Shown here: piece by piece, positions 48,027 to 56,730 of the stretch | Layout: the number at the start of each line of letters is the position of its first letter | Numbering within the stretch: position 1 is the first letter of the stretch | DNA from: a virus | Lineage: Duplodnaviria; Caudoviricetes | Length of the DNA stretch: 64,000 nucleotides | IMG/VR virus record: IMGVR_UViG_2881966637_000004 | Coordinates: 1 to 64,000 of that record | Direction: 5' to 3' (one strand) | The notes under the pieces: model-generated | Told to the model about the DNA's origin: nothing | Seen by the model: only the letters and a program-made list of their open reading frames with translations | Database searches by the model: none | Position numbers and translations under genes: made by a program

Positions 48027-48416
48027 GTGAGAGAGGAACTGCTGATAACCAGGATACCCCTGTACCTGGACGTACTGATTGTGCTATGCGCCTTCGTGGG
48101 TGCGCTGGTTCGGCTGTTCCGGGGCGAGGCTCTGACGTTCGTGGCCAGCGCGAAGGAGCTATTCTCGGGCTTCTGCATCGGCATGGCCCTGACGGCCCCG
48201 GCCCTGTGGGGCTTCAAGCTGCCGCTCTGGATGGGGATGCCCATTGCGTTCCTGCTGAGTCTGTTCAGCAGCCTGCTCGTCTCCATCGTGGAGAAGAAGC
48301 TGGGCGAATTGCGCGACATGAAATTTTCTGAGATCGTCAAGGTCGTATTCACCGAACTGATCGGCGAGATCAAGCGACTCTTTCCGGGTAAAACCAACAA
48401 CACACCGCCGAACTGA
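48027..48416 (+). CDS. Holin-like membrane protein
   Basis: Three hydrophobic segments and a charged C-terminus, in the lysis cassette. Confidence 0.65.
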   Translation: MREELLITRIPLYLDVLIVLCAFVGALVRLFRGEALTFVASAKELFSGFCIGMALTAPALWGFKLPLWMGMPIAFLLSLFSSLLVSIVEKKLGELRDMKFSEIVKVVFTELIGEIKRLFPGKTNNTPPN

Positions 48417-48417
48417 C

Positions 48418-48939
48418 ATGGACACCTTACACCTCCTCTCCGTAATTACAGCCATCGGTGCCCTGCTGGGTGCCGTCGGCCTCGCTGTACTGGTCGGCAT
48501 GATGGGCGACGAGCCCGGCCGCGAGATGCGCTTTCCCTGGACTGTCCGGGCGGGCACGGCCCTGCTGTCGGTGTCGCTGCTGGGGGTGTCGCTGAGTATC
48601 TTCCGCGCCCCGCCCCTGCTACCCTGGGCGGAGGCCGCGATGGTCGTGTCGCTACTGTGGCTCAGCGTAACCGGACTAACCCTTTACATGCGCCAGCCGA
48701 TGACCCTGGAAGAGCGGGTCCGCTTTGTGGTGGGCTCCCTGCTGGTGGGGGCCGTCATCCTGGGGGCTGGCCTGCTGATCGAGTACGTGATCTACGAGAT
48801 CAGCCAGAACAGTGCGCGGCAGGCCGAATCCCTCTCCAACCAAGAGGAGATAATGAACAAGATGGACACCACCCGGCGCGACCTGGATTCCATCAAGGCA
48901 ATGCTGAAAGACTCCACCCATAGACAACCACACCCATGA
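48418..48939 (+). CDS. Multi-pass membrane protein (second holin/antiholin-like)
   Basis: Four TM segments and a C-terminal coiled coil. ATGA overlap with the endolysin. Confidence 0.55.
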   Translation: MDTLHLLSVITAIGALLGAVGLAVLVGMMGDEPGREMRFPWTVRAGTALLSVSLLGVSLSIFRAPPLLPWAEAAMVVSLLWLSVTGLTLYMRQPMTLEERVRFVVGSLLVGAVILGAGLLIEYVIYEISQNSARQAESLSNQEEIMNKMDTTRRDLDSIKAMLKDSTHRQPHP

Positions 48940-49373
48940 GACAGATTGATCATATCGTACTCCACTGCACCGCTGGTCCGCAGAGCCAGACCATCGACGC
49001 GATTAAGAACTGGTGGAAGACCGGCCTCGGCTGGAAACAGGTTGGCTACCATATACTCATCAAGGCCGACGGCGAAGCCGTGCGGTTGGCCGAAGACGAG
49101 GTGGTGACCAACGGCGTAAAGAACCACAACGCCCGATCCATCCACATCTCCTATATCGGCGGGGTCAACAAGAACGGAGTGGCGGTTGATAACCGGACGC
49201 CGGCTCAGATCGCTACGCAGCTCCGGCTGCTTCGGGAGTACAAAGAGAAGTACCCTGCTGCCCGGATCGTGGGGCACCGCGACTTCCTGGTGCCGGGTAA
49301 GCCGGGCTACAAGTCCTGCCCGTCGTTCTCGGTGCGCGACTTTCTGACCAAACACGCCCCCGAGTTGCTATGA
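48936..49373 (+). CDS. Endolysin, N-acetylmuramoyl-L-alanine amidase (Amidase_2, T7-lysozyme-like)
   Basis: IVLHCTA, GYHILI, NARSIHISYIGG, IVGHRDF and KSCPSF zinc-ligand motifs. Confidence 0.95.
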   Translation: MRQIDHIVLHCTAGPQSQTIDAIKNWWKTGLGWKQVGYHILIKADGEAVRLAEDEVVTNGVKNHNARSIHISYIGGVNKNGVAVDNRTPAQIATQLRLLREYKEKYPAARIVGHRDFLVPGKPGYKSCPSFSVRDFLTKHAPELL

Positions 49374-50242
49374 ACTTCCCCTGTTACGTGTCGGCCGGTG
49401 GCCTCGGCGATTCGGTGTCGGGCCTGTACGCAGCCTGCGGACTCGCCGATCAGGGGGGCGAGGGCAACACCGTTGTCTTTCACACCAGACACCCCAGCTG
49501 GCTGGCGTCGTTCTCCCATCCCAACCTGGTGCTGGCTCCTCATCTGGATAACCAGCCAATGGGTCCGGACATGAACGAGGGCTACGACGCGCAGCTCCAC
49601 TACGCCCAGTCCAGAAAGCAGCACTACTGCACCAACCTCGGCCGCCAGTACGTTATTGAGGGGGTGCGGCCGGCTCGCCCCCGCTACCATACCGAGCTGC
49701 CGTTTGTGCTGGAACCGAGCCTGTCGCCCTACGTGGTGCTGTCGCCCTTCTCGGCGTATTCGTCCAGGGCGTGGCCGCTGATGCACTGGGTCCGGCTGGC
49801 GATCCGGCTGGGCGAAGCGGGCTTTCATGTAGTGGTACTCGACAGCAACGAAGAGAAGATGGCTCCCTTTCAGCATACGGGTGCCAGCTGGTGGTTCGGG
49901 ATGCACCCGTCCTGGGTGATGGGATGCCTCGAACACGCGGCTGCGGTGGTGGCCAACGACTCGGGCCTCGCCCACGCGGCCGGGCTGCTGGGCACACCGA
50001 CCGTCGCGGTGATGGCGCAGCTGAGTCCGCTGCAGGTCTTTTCCCATACCGACGTGCAGGGGGTGATTCCCTCTGCGTCCTGTTCGCCCTGCGCCTGGCG
50101 CGGTGACCGGGGCTGGCGAAAACCGTGCGACGACCTGGGCTGCTCGGCTCTGCACAGCATCCCGGTGGAGACGGTGCTGCAGCGCACGGTCAGCATCACC
50201 AGGCCGGCGGTGTCGGCGCGGCAGGTTGCCCTGCAACAGTAG
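49370..50242 (+). CDS. Glycosyltransferase family 9 (heptosyltransferase-like, GT-B fold)
   Basis: GGLGD, VVLSPFS...RAWPLMHW and VVANDSGLAHAAGLLGTPTVA motifs. Confidence 0.88.
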   Translation: MNFPCYVSAGGLGDSVSGLYAACGLADQGGEGNTVVFHTRHPSWLASFSHPNLVLAPHLDNQPMGPDMNEGYDAQLHYAQSRKQHYCTNLGRQYVIEGVRPARPRYHTELPFVLEPSLSPYVVLSPFSAYSSRAWPLMHWVRLAIRLGEAGFHVVVLDSNEEKMAPFQHTGASWWFGMHPSWVMGCLEHAAAVVANDSGLAHAAGLLGTPTVAVMAQLSPLQVFSHTDVQGVIPSASCSPCAWRGDRGWRKPCDDLGCSALHSIPVETVLQRTVSITRPAVSARQVALQQ

Positions 50243-50245
50243 GAC

Positions 50246-50277
50246 TTGTCAACTTTTGTCAACTGTTGTATCTTTCG
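50246..50277 (+). promoter_or_regulatory. Promoter-like site for the packaging operon, with the tandem motif in the spacer
   Basis: TTG (50246-50248), 20 nt, TATCTTTCG (50269-50277). GTCAAC-tttt-GTCAAC at 50248-50263. Confidence 0.6.
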
Positions 50278-50296
50278 GGAGCCAACCATCACGACC

Positions 50297-50899
50297 ATGA
50301 CCGACGTGCTCCCCCAGCCAGTACCCAAACCCGCTCTCGCCGACGACGATCAGCGCGATGCGCTGACGTTTCTCTCCGAGCGGATCGCCTTTCTCGAACA
50401 CCGGGAAAGTGAACTCTCCCAGCTACTGGCCTACCTGGCCGAAGAGGCCGGCAGTACCGTGCTGCTGCGGCTGCAGTTCCACAAAAGGCGGCAGCTGCTG
50501 CACGACATCGCCGTGGCGGAGTACCAGCTGGAAAGTGAATGGGTGCTTTACTCGGCCAGCCGCGCCTGGCAGAAGGGCCATCCCAGGAAAGATCACGGCG
50601 TCAACACCCGCAGTCTGGGTAACGACAACGAGAAGGCAGCGCGGTACGTCATCTGGTTTCTGCTGCTGCGCTACGACCAGTACGCCAGCCGGTCGGTGCT
50701 GGAAGAGGAGTACGGCATGGGCGGCAGCCAGAACACGGTGGCCCTGCTGAGCAAGCTGCTCACCAAAGAAGGCCAGAAAAGCCGGATGGCTACCGTGGAG
50801 CGCAAGTTCCTCGAAGCCATCGGCTGGATACAGCCCGGCCAGCGGTTCGTTGCCACCGAGCTACCCGCCCCCGGCGAACCCATCAACCCCTGGAAATAA
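50297..50899 (+). CDS. Hypothetical protein translationally coupled to TerL (terminase small subunit candidate)
   Basis: TAATG overlap with TerL. Helical. Confidence 0.55.
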   Translation: MTDVLPQPVPKPALADDDQRDALTFLSERIAFLEHRESELSQLLAYLAEEAGSTVLLRLQFHKRRQLLHDIAVAEYQLESEWVLYSASRAWQKGHPRKDHGVNTRSLGNDNEKAARYVIWFLLLRYDQYASRSVLEEEYGMGGSQNTVALLSKLLTKEGQKSRMATVERKFLEAIGWIQPGQRFVATELPAPGEPINPWK

Positions 50900-52908
50900 T
50901 GAAGTCGCGTCGTCTCGAACGGGAAAAACAAAAGGCTGGCCTGCCCAGCAAATACGACAGGATACGCCCGGTCGAGCGCGACTACCTGACCCATCCTGAC
51001 AGTGTGCAGGTCAAGTATCGGCCCGTCCTGCAGGCTCCCATTCCCGACCCGCCCGAGGAAGGTGAGGTAGGCACCGAGCGGGCGATCTGGTGGCAGACGC
51101 AGCTCTACCGCTGCAAATACGGATGGACCTACGAAGCCGAGGGCGAGACGCCGAAGTACTTCACCCCGGCCTACTACTTCTACCTCAACTTCGTCAAGGT
51201 TGAGATCAAGGACAAGAAGCGGGGCCGGAAGCGGATGGCACCCTTGTATTCGGACTCCGACCACCGCATCTTCAACTGGATATACAGCCTCGAAGCCCAG
51301 GCGTATTCGATGGCCAGAGACGGCATCGTCACCAAAGGGCGACGCAAACACTGGTCCTACATCACCCACTGCGGGGTGTTTCTGCACGACTTCTGCTTCG
51401 ATACGGCCAGCCACGTAGCGATTGGCTACGACAGCAAGATAAGCCGGGAAGAAGGGCAGCGCATTTTTCAGGGGGCGTACAACTCGCTGCCCAGCTATTT
51501 TAAGCACGACACCCTCTACACGGAAAAAGAGGGCGAGCTGTCGAATGGCGAAGCGGTCTACGACGCCGACGGTCAGTTGACGGGCTACGTGGAGCGTAAC
51601 ACCATTATCTTTCGGGAGCTGGATAAAAACCCCGGCGGCCTGCGGGGTAGAAACCTCAAGCGGGTACTCCTGGATGAGATCGGCAAGTACCGCAACGCGA
51701 TGGCCTGCGTGATCGCTACCGAAGATGCGCTGCGCGAAGGCCTCGACAAGCACGGCTCCCTGCTGGCGGGTGGCACGTCGGATGCCATCAGTAACGAATC
51801 GAAAGATTATAAGACGCTCTGGAAACAGGCCGACGTGCGGGGCTGGGGTCGGCTGTTTGTCAGCGCGGGCTGGGTAGCCCCCCCCTACTTTGATTATTTT
51901 ACGGGCGTCTCCGACATCAAGGCGGCCGAAGCCGAGTATCGGGCCGAGCGGGATGCGCTGCTCAACGTCGGCGACGTGATGGGCTACTATGGCAAAATGC
52001 AGGAGAACCCCCTCACGCCCGAGGAGTGCTTCAACCCGCCCGTGCGCAGCCGCTACCCAGCCCACATCATCCAGGAGCAGGTGTTCTTTCTGCGCCAGTG
52101 GCCCACCGAACACTGGATCATCCGGGGTAGGCTGGACTGGGTCAACGACGTACTGGGTAATCACATCCGGGTGGACTTCACCGAAGACCCCAATGGGTCG
52201 TGGCACTTTTACCGCGACGGCTTTCCCCGCCGTGACCTGCCCGGCCTGGACATTCTCGGCGTCGATGACGTGTACCTGGACAAAGAGCGGGAAGAGGTGA
52301 GCGACGACGACTCGCTGCAGAGTATCGTCATCAAACGGCGCAAGGTGGATAAGCAGTTTGAGAACGATCTGTTCGTGGCCTACTACGAAGACCGCCACGA
52401 CCGGCACGTCTTCGCCCGCGAACTCCACAAAGCCCTCTGGTTCACCAACGGCAAAGCCATCATCGAAAACAACGACAAGTTTCTGCCCGACTTTCTGCAG
52501 CGCAACAACCTGCAGGATCAGGTGATCTGGGTAAACGGCAAGATGGGTATCCGCAACGACGAGCGGACGATCCCCCACCAGCAGATGCTGGCCCAGGACT
52601 GGTTCGACGCGGGCGGTGCCAGCCGCTGCTACTTCGAGCGCATCCTGGACAGCTTCAAAAACTTCCGGTCCACCAACGACGACGTGGCTTCGGCCGCTCA
52701 CCTGGCCCTGCACGCCGAAGACATCATCAAGGACCACCCCATCCGCACGGAAGCCGACGCCAAAGGCTTCGGCCTCAAGATCGGCACGGGCTACTCGCCC
52801 CTGCTGGCCAGGATGACGGGTCTGCAGGACACCGGCCTGAACGGCGAATCGGGTTCCCGGCTCGACGGCATACGCCGGATGCGTGAGCAGATGCGCCGGG
52901 TGGCGTAG
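50899..52908 (+). CDS. terL: Terminase large subunit (crAss-like type)
   Basis: YYFYLNFVKV, degenerate Walker A KGRRKHWSY, Walker B VLLDEIGK, GGT coupling motif, nuclease ILGVDD / IIENN / NDDVASA. Confidence 0.92.
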   Translation: MKSRRLEREKQKAGLPSKYDRIRPVERDYLTHPDSVQVKYRPVLQAPIPDPPEEGEVGTERAIWWQTQLYRCKYGWTYEAEGETPKYFTPAYYFYLNFVKVEIKDKKRGRKRMAPLYSDSDHRIFNWIYSLEAQAYSMARDGIVTKGRRKHWSYITHCGVFLHDFCFDTASHVAIGYDSKISREEGQRIFQGAYNSLPSYFKHDTLYTEKEGELSNGEAVYDADGQLTGYVERNTIIFRELDKNPGGLRGRNLKRVLLDEIGKYRNAMACVIATEDALREGLDKHGSLLAGGTSDAISNESKDYKTLWKQADVRGWGRLFVSAGWVAPPYFDYFTGVSDIKAAEAEYRAERDALLNVGDVMGYYGKMQENPLTPEECFNPPVRSRYPAHIIQEQVFFLRQWPTEHWIIRGRLDWVNDVLGNHIRVDFTEDPNGSWHFYRDGFPRRDLPGLDILGVDDVYLDKEREEVSDDDSLQSIVIKRRKVDKQFENDLFVAYYEDRHDRHVFARELHKALWFTNGKAIIENNDKFLPDFLQRNNLQDQVIWVNGKMGIRNDERTIPHQQMLAQDWFDAGGASRCYFERILDSFKNFRSTNDDVASAAHLALHAEDIIKDHPIRTEADAKGFGLKIGTGYSPLLARMTGLQDTGLNGESGSRLDGIRRMREQMRRVA

Positions 52909-52928
52909 TCAACCCTTGTCAACGCACA

Positions 52929-52978
52929 TTTGACAGGGGGGCTGTCAACATTCGCGGGGCGGGTGCCGACTACTTTTG
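52929..52978 (+). promoter_or_regulatory. Putative late promoter for the scaffold-capsid operon
   Basis: The 22-mer TTTGACAGGGGGGCTGTCAACA is identical to 36291-36312, followed by TACTTTTG (52971-52978). Preceded by the tandem motif at 52908-52923. Confidence 0.72.
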
Positions 52979-53007
52979 GGAGCCAACAATCCCAAAACTG
53001 ATTCGCC

Positions 53008-54054
53008 ATGACGGCAACTGCATCCACGCTTTCCCAGACGCCCGAGGACTTCTTCTCCAACGACCTGCCGGCAGAAGCCCCGGCAACCCCCGGTGGACAG
53101 GCGGCCCCAGCCAGTCCGGCACCCGCTCCGGCAACACCGCCAGCCGCGCCGGCTGCACCCGCCACGCCAACGACTACCCTACCGGCTCCGGCAACACCGC
53201 CCGCCGATCCGGCCCAGCCTGCCACACCACCGGCCGACGGATGGGGTGACGAGTGGGAAGACCCCGCAGCTCCGGCAGCTCCGGCTGCGCCCGCCACGCC
53301 AACGACTACCCCACCGGCCCCGGTAGACGCCAACCCCGTACTGAGCCGGCTGGCCCAGCGGCTGGGTCTGAACGAATTACCCGCCGACCCGGAGGCCTGG
53401 GAGCGGGCGGTTGATCAGTACACCGCCAGTCAGGTGCAGGTGATGCCCGACGAACTGGGACAACTCAACAGCCACCTCGCCCTGACGGGCAAAGACTTTC
53501 TCAGGGCCGAGATCGCGGCCCGCTTCCGTGACCCGGTGGTCAACGGCCCGGACTTCGTGGAGAATAAACTCCTCGAACTCGAAGACAGCGGACGGCTCGA
53601 AGAAGCCGAGCGGTACTACCGCCAGGAGCGGACGCAGCAGCGCGACCAGATCGTGACCCAGGCCCGTCAGCAGCAGCAGCAGGCCGAGCAGCAGGCCCGT
53701 CAGCAGATTGCCGCCATCGAGCAGCACATCGACGGAGCCAAAAGCCCGGACGGGCAGGCGTATCCGCAGCGGGTGCGCGACGAGATCAAGCGGTTCATCT
53801 TCTCGGGTGAGCTGGCCCAGACGCTGTACGGAAAAGAAAACGCCGACGCCCTGCTGGACGTAGCCCTGCGCTACCACCCCAAGCTGCGGGAGCAGTACAC
53901 CAAACGCTACGAAGCCGCCCTGCTCAAGCGCGGGGAGTCGTCGGCGTACCGGAGTCTGGAAAACACGACACTGAACGTAGGCTCAGGCTACGGCGCACCC
54001 CAGCAGGGTAGCCAGATCGCCAAAAGCGACGAAGACTTTTTCTCGAACAACTAA
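53008..54054 (+). CDS. Capsid scaffolding protein with Pro/Ala-rich repeats
   Basis: Immediately upstream of the capsid gene. PAAPAAPATPTTT repeats and a Q/E-rich coiled coil. Confidence 0.75.
   Translation: MTATASTLSQTPEDFFSNDLPAEAPATPGGQAAPASPAPAPATPPAAPAAPATPTTTLPAPATPPADPAQPATPPADGWGDEWEDPAAPAAPAAPATPTTTPPAPVDANPVLSRLAQRLGLNELPADPEAWERAVDQYTASQVQVMPDELGQLNSHLALTGKDFLRAEIAARFRDPVVNGPDFVENKLLELEDSGRLEEAERYYRQERTQQRDQIVTQARQQQQQAEQQARQQIAAIEQHIDGAKSPDGQAYPQRVRDEIKRFIFSGELAQTLYGKENADALLDVALRYHPKLREQYTKRYEAALLKRGESSAYRSLENTTLNVGSGYGAPQQGSQIAKSDEDFFSNN
53125..53311 (+). repeat. Internal direct repeats in the scaffold gene
   Basis: CCCGCCACGCCAACGACTACCC at 53158-53179 and 53290-53311. GCTCCGGCAACACCGCC occurs twice. 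Confidence 0.85.
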
Positions 54055-54120
54055 ACCAATGTGGCCTCGGGGCTACCGTGTGAGGGCTTTCTATCCACAC
54101 CACTTTTTATCTAACAGAAT

Positions 54121-55647
54121 ATGGCAAAGATTATCAAGCAACAGTTCGGGGCCGGCACACTGGACCTGCCCTTCCTGGGACTGGCCCTCGCCCGGCAGCC
54201 GCAGATGCTGCAGGAGTTTATCGTCAGCCGGTTTGCTTCCAACAACCTGGCTCTGACGACGCTCTTCCAGGGTATCTATCCCGAGTCGCAGGGCGAAGAG
54301 GTGCTGGGTAGCAACCAGGTGAGCTGGGAGGTCTACAACCTACCCGAAAAGCCCATCTACATCGACGGCATCGTGGGTACACCGAAGGTTGGCAACGACA
54401 TTGAGGTAGACCTGACCGAAGGCTGGCTCCGCGCCGGGGCCAAGCTGCGGCTCGAAGACGGCCGGACCCTGTTACACCTGCAGACCAACGGCTCTCCCCG
54501 CGCCAACGGTATCGTCCGCTACCGGGGTCGGATCGTGGGCAACAACACGGAACACGAAGCTCCGTCGTGGCTTTTCGAGCGCAACCGGGCGGCCAACTAC
54601 CAGACGGCCAACTACGAGGAGGGCTCCCACATGGGCCACCCGATGTACTACGGGACGGGCGACAAGTACAAGCAGGCGATGTCTACTCACCGCCACGACG
54701 CCGACCTGACGGGCGACGCCCTCTCGGAAGTAACGATCTTCGAGACGACCCGCGAGATACCAAACTCGGGTGGACGCACGAAAACCTACCGGGGCTGGCT
54801 GCCCGAGTTCCTGCGGAGCCCAACAACCTCGCTGCTCGACTTCCACCAGCGGCACTGTGAACTGGATCACATTTACGGTCAGAGCAACATCAACTTTGAG
54901 ACGGGCGAGATTTTCAACATCAACGAAACCAACGGCTCGAAGAAGGTGATGATGGGTGATGGGCTTATTGCTCAGCTCGACGGCGCGTACACCAAATGCT
55001 ACGACCCGAAGGATTCGCTATCGTCTATCCGTAACAAGGTGAAGAATATCATCACCTATATGTCGGCCCACTGGAACAACCAGGACTTCCTGGAAATGGT
55101 CGTGATGGGTGGCATCGGGGCGGACGCCGTCTTCCAGGACGTGATGGCCGAGTTACAGGCCAGCTCGGGCGTTCAGGTGTGGCGCACGCCAGACTCAGAA
55201 GGCAAAGTCGTTGTCGGCCTTCGCTTTTCGGAGTGGATCATTGGCGGCATGGGCAAGATCAAGTTCGTGCGTAACAACAGCATGGGCGACATCACCGCCA
55301 AATCGCGCATGATCAACTACAACGGGGTTGCTCTCAACGCCGAGTCGTTCGATATGTACTTCATGCCGATTGGGATGATGTCGAACGGCAAGACCAACAT
55401 CCGCTTCTTCTCGAAGGGTAAGACGGTCAACGGCCAGCAGATCAACCGTTCGCTGGTGTTCAGCCACATCCAGGGCGTGACCGGCTACCTGTCCAACAAT
55501 CTGTCGAAAGCCTCGGCGGATGGGCTGTCGGAGTATGCTAACCTGGTGGGCACCTCGCGGGATGCCGAGCAGTTCCATCTGCTCAGCCAGAAGATGCTGA
55601 TCGTTACCAACCCAACCGAGTTCGCCCGGTTGCTGGTGTACCGATAG
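54121..55647 (+). CDS. Major capsid protein (crAss-like HK97 fold), 508 aa
   Basis: Size; ANYEEGS..G; YGQSN; VMMGDGLIAQL; VVMGGIG; GKIKFVRN; position between scaffold and head-completion genes. Confidence 0.85.
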   Translation: MAKIIKQQFGAGTLDLPFLGLALARQPQMLQEFIVSRFASNNLALTTLFQGIYPESQGEEVLGSNQVSWEVYNLPEKPIYIDGIVGTPKVGNDIEVDLTEGWLRAGAKLRLEDGRTLLHLQTNGSPRANGIVRYRGRIVGNNTEHEAPSWLFERNRAANYQTANYEEGSHMGHPMYYGTGDKYKQAMSTHRHDADLTGDALSEVTIFETTREIPNSGGRTKTYRGWLPEFLRSPTTSLLDFHQRHCELDHIYGQSNINFETGEIFNINETNGSKKVMMGDGLIAQLDGAYTKCYDPKDSLSSIRNKVKNIITYMSAHWNNQDFLEMVVMGGIGADAVFQDVMAELQASSGVQVWRTPDSEGKVVVGLRFSEWIIGGMGKIKFVRNNSMGDITAKSRMINYNGVALNAESFDMYFMPIGMMSNGKTNIRFFSKGKTVNGQQINRSLVFSHIQGVTGYLSNNLSKASADGLSEYANLVGTSRDAEQFHLLSQKMLIVTNPTEFARLLVYR

Positions 55648-55681
55648 TCAACTATAGTCAACGCAAGTTGACGACGCATAG

Positions 55682-55716
55682 CGGGGCCGATGCCGGCCAG
55701 TGTCGGCCCCGTATTT
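55682..55716 (+). terminator. Hairpin after the capsid gene (attenuator/terminator)
   Basis: CGGGGCCGA...TCGGCCCCG stem followed by TATTT. Confidence 0.6.
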
Positions 55717-55740
55717 AACCAACCCAAATCCAGTACGACA

Positions 55741-56730
55741 ATGCACGAAGTTCAGCTCAGACGAAAGAGTTTAAACCCCCAAATCAAACGGTTCGCCCCG
55801 TGCAGCCTGGGGGCGTTCATGGCTCCCGGCGAAGATGGCGTTGACCAGCGGTGGTACTACACCGACGGACGCCGGACAGCCACGGGCGAATTTGAGGAAG
55901 TAGACCTTGAAATCGGCGACGGTGGTGTCATCAAGATCGACATCGACCTGCCGCACCACGCCCACAACTTAGAGACACTGCAGAAGGCGCAGTCGATGAT
56001 ACCCTCGAAGCTGCCCCCCGGTGTGCAGATTGAGATTATCGACAGCCGGCTGCTGGCCGAAGATGGCATCAGCCATCACCTGCTCGTCGCTGAGCTATAC
56101 GGCAAGGTCGAAGGATTGTCCACCGAGATGATGCAGAGCCTGGCCCGTGTGTTGGGATTTGGCCGGATGGAAGGACGGCTGGATACCGAGGTAAAATACT
56201 TCGTGCTGCGTAAGATCAAAGAAGACACCAAGCGGGTCCGCGATCTGCTGGACGCCGAAGATCAGGAGGTGCAGATCGAGGTCGCCAAAGGTCTTGAGGC
56301 CGGATTCATCATCCACCGCGACGGGCAGTACACCTACAACGACCAGTTTCTGGCGACGACGGAAGAAGCCATGCGGGCCAAACTCATGGGCGATGGTAGT
56401 CTGTTCACCGACCTCAAGCTGCGCAACGGCAGACACTTCGCCAGCACCACCCCCCTGCGCCGGCAGGCACCACCCGTCGATACGGTTACCACGAGTGTCG
56501 GGGATGCCTCGAAGCTGGGCGGTGGGTCAACGGGCGTCAACGTCAACGACCTATTCAAGCGGGGTAAAGATAAATCGCACATCTCCTACCAGCGTACCGC
56601 CGAGGGAGAGCGCAAGCAGGGCTACTACTTCGGACAGATGTTTCTGGGCAACTCGGAAAGCACGGCCGTAGCGATGCTGTCGGAGAACGCACTGGTTGCT
56701 GAACTACTCGAAAAAGCCCTGGCAGCATGA
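55741..56730 (+). CDS. Conserved capsid-module protein following the MCP (crAss gene-75-like position)
   Basis: Position. A.VLG...D.EV...L....KED and GQYTYNDQFLATTEEA patterns. Start at MHEVQL. Confidence 0.6.
   Translation: MHEVQLRRKSLNPQIKRFAPCSLGAFMAPGEDGVDQRWYYTDGRRTATGEFEEVDLEIGDGGVIKIDIDLPHHAHNLETLQKAQSMIPSKLPPGVQIEIIDSRLLAEDGISHHLLVAELYGKVEGLSTEMMQSLARVLGFGRMEGRLDTEVKYFVLRKIKEDTKRVRDLLDAEDQEVQIEVAKGLEAGFIIHRDGQYTYNDQFLATTEEAMRAKLMGDGSLFTDLKLRNGRHFASTTPLRRQAPPVDTVTTSVGDASKLGGGSTGVNVNDLFKRGKDKSHISYQRTAEGERKQGYYFGQMFLGNSESTAVAMLSENALVAELLEKALAA

Noticed and set aside
50671-52737. 688-aa minus-strand ORF
   Set aside because: Shadow of the terminase gene.
56526-56547. Intragenic GTCAAC-gggc-GTCAAC-GTCAAC
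   Set aside because: It matches the 10-bp-period motif but is explained by Ser-Thr-Gly-Val-Asn-Val-Asn codons. Not counted as a site.
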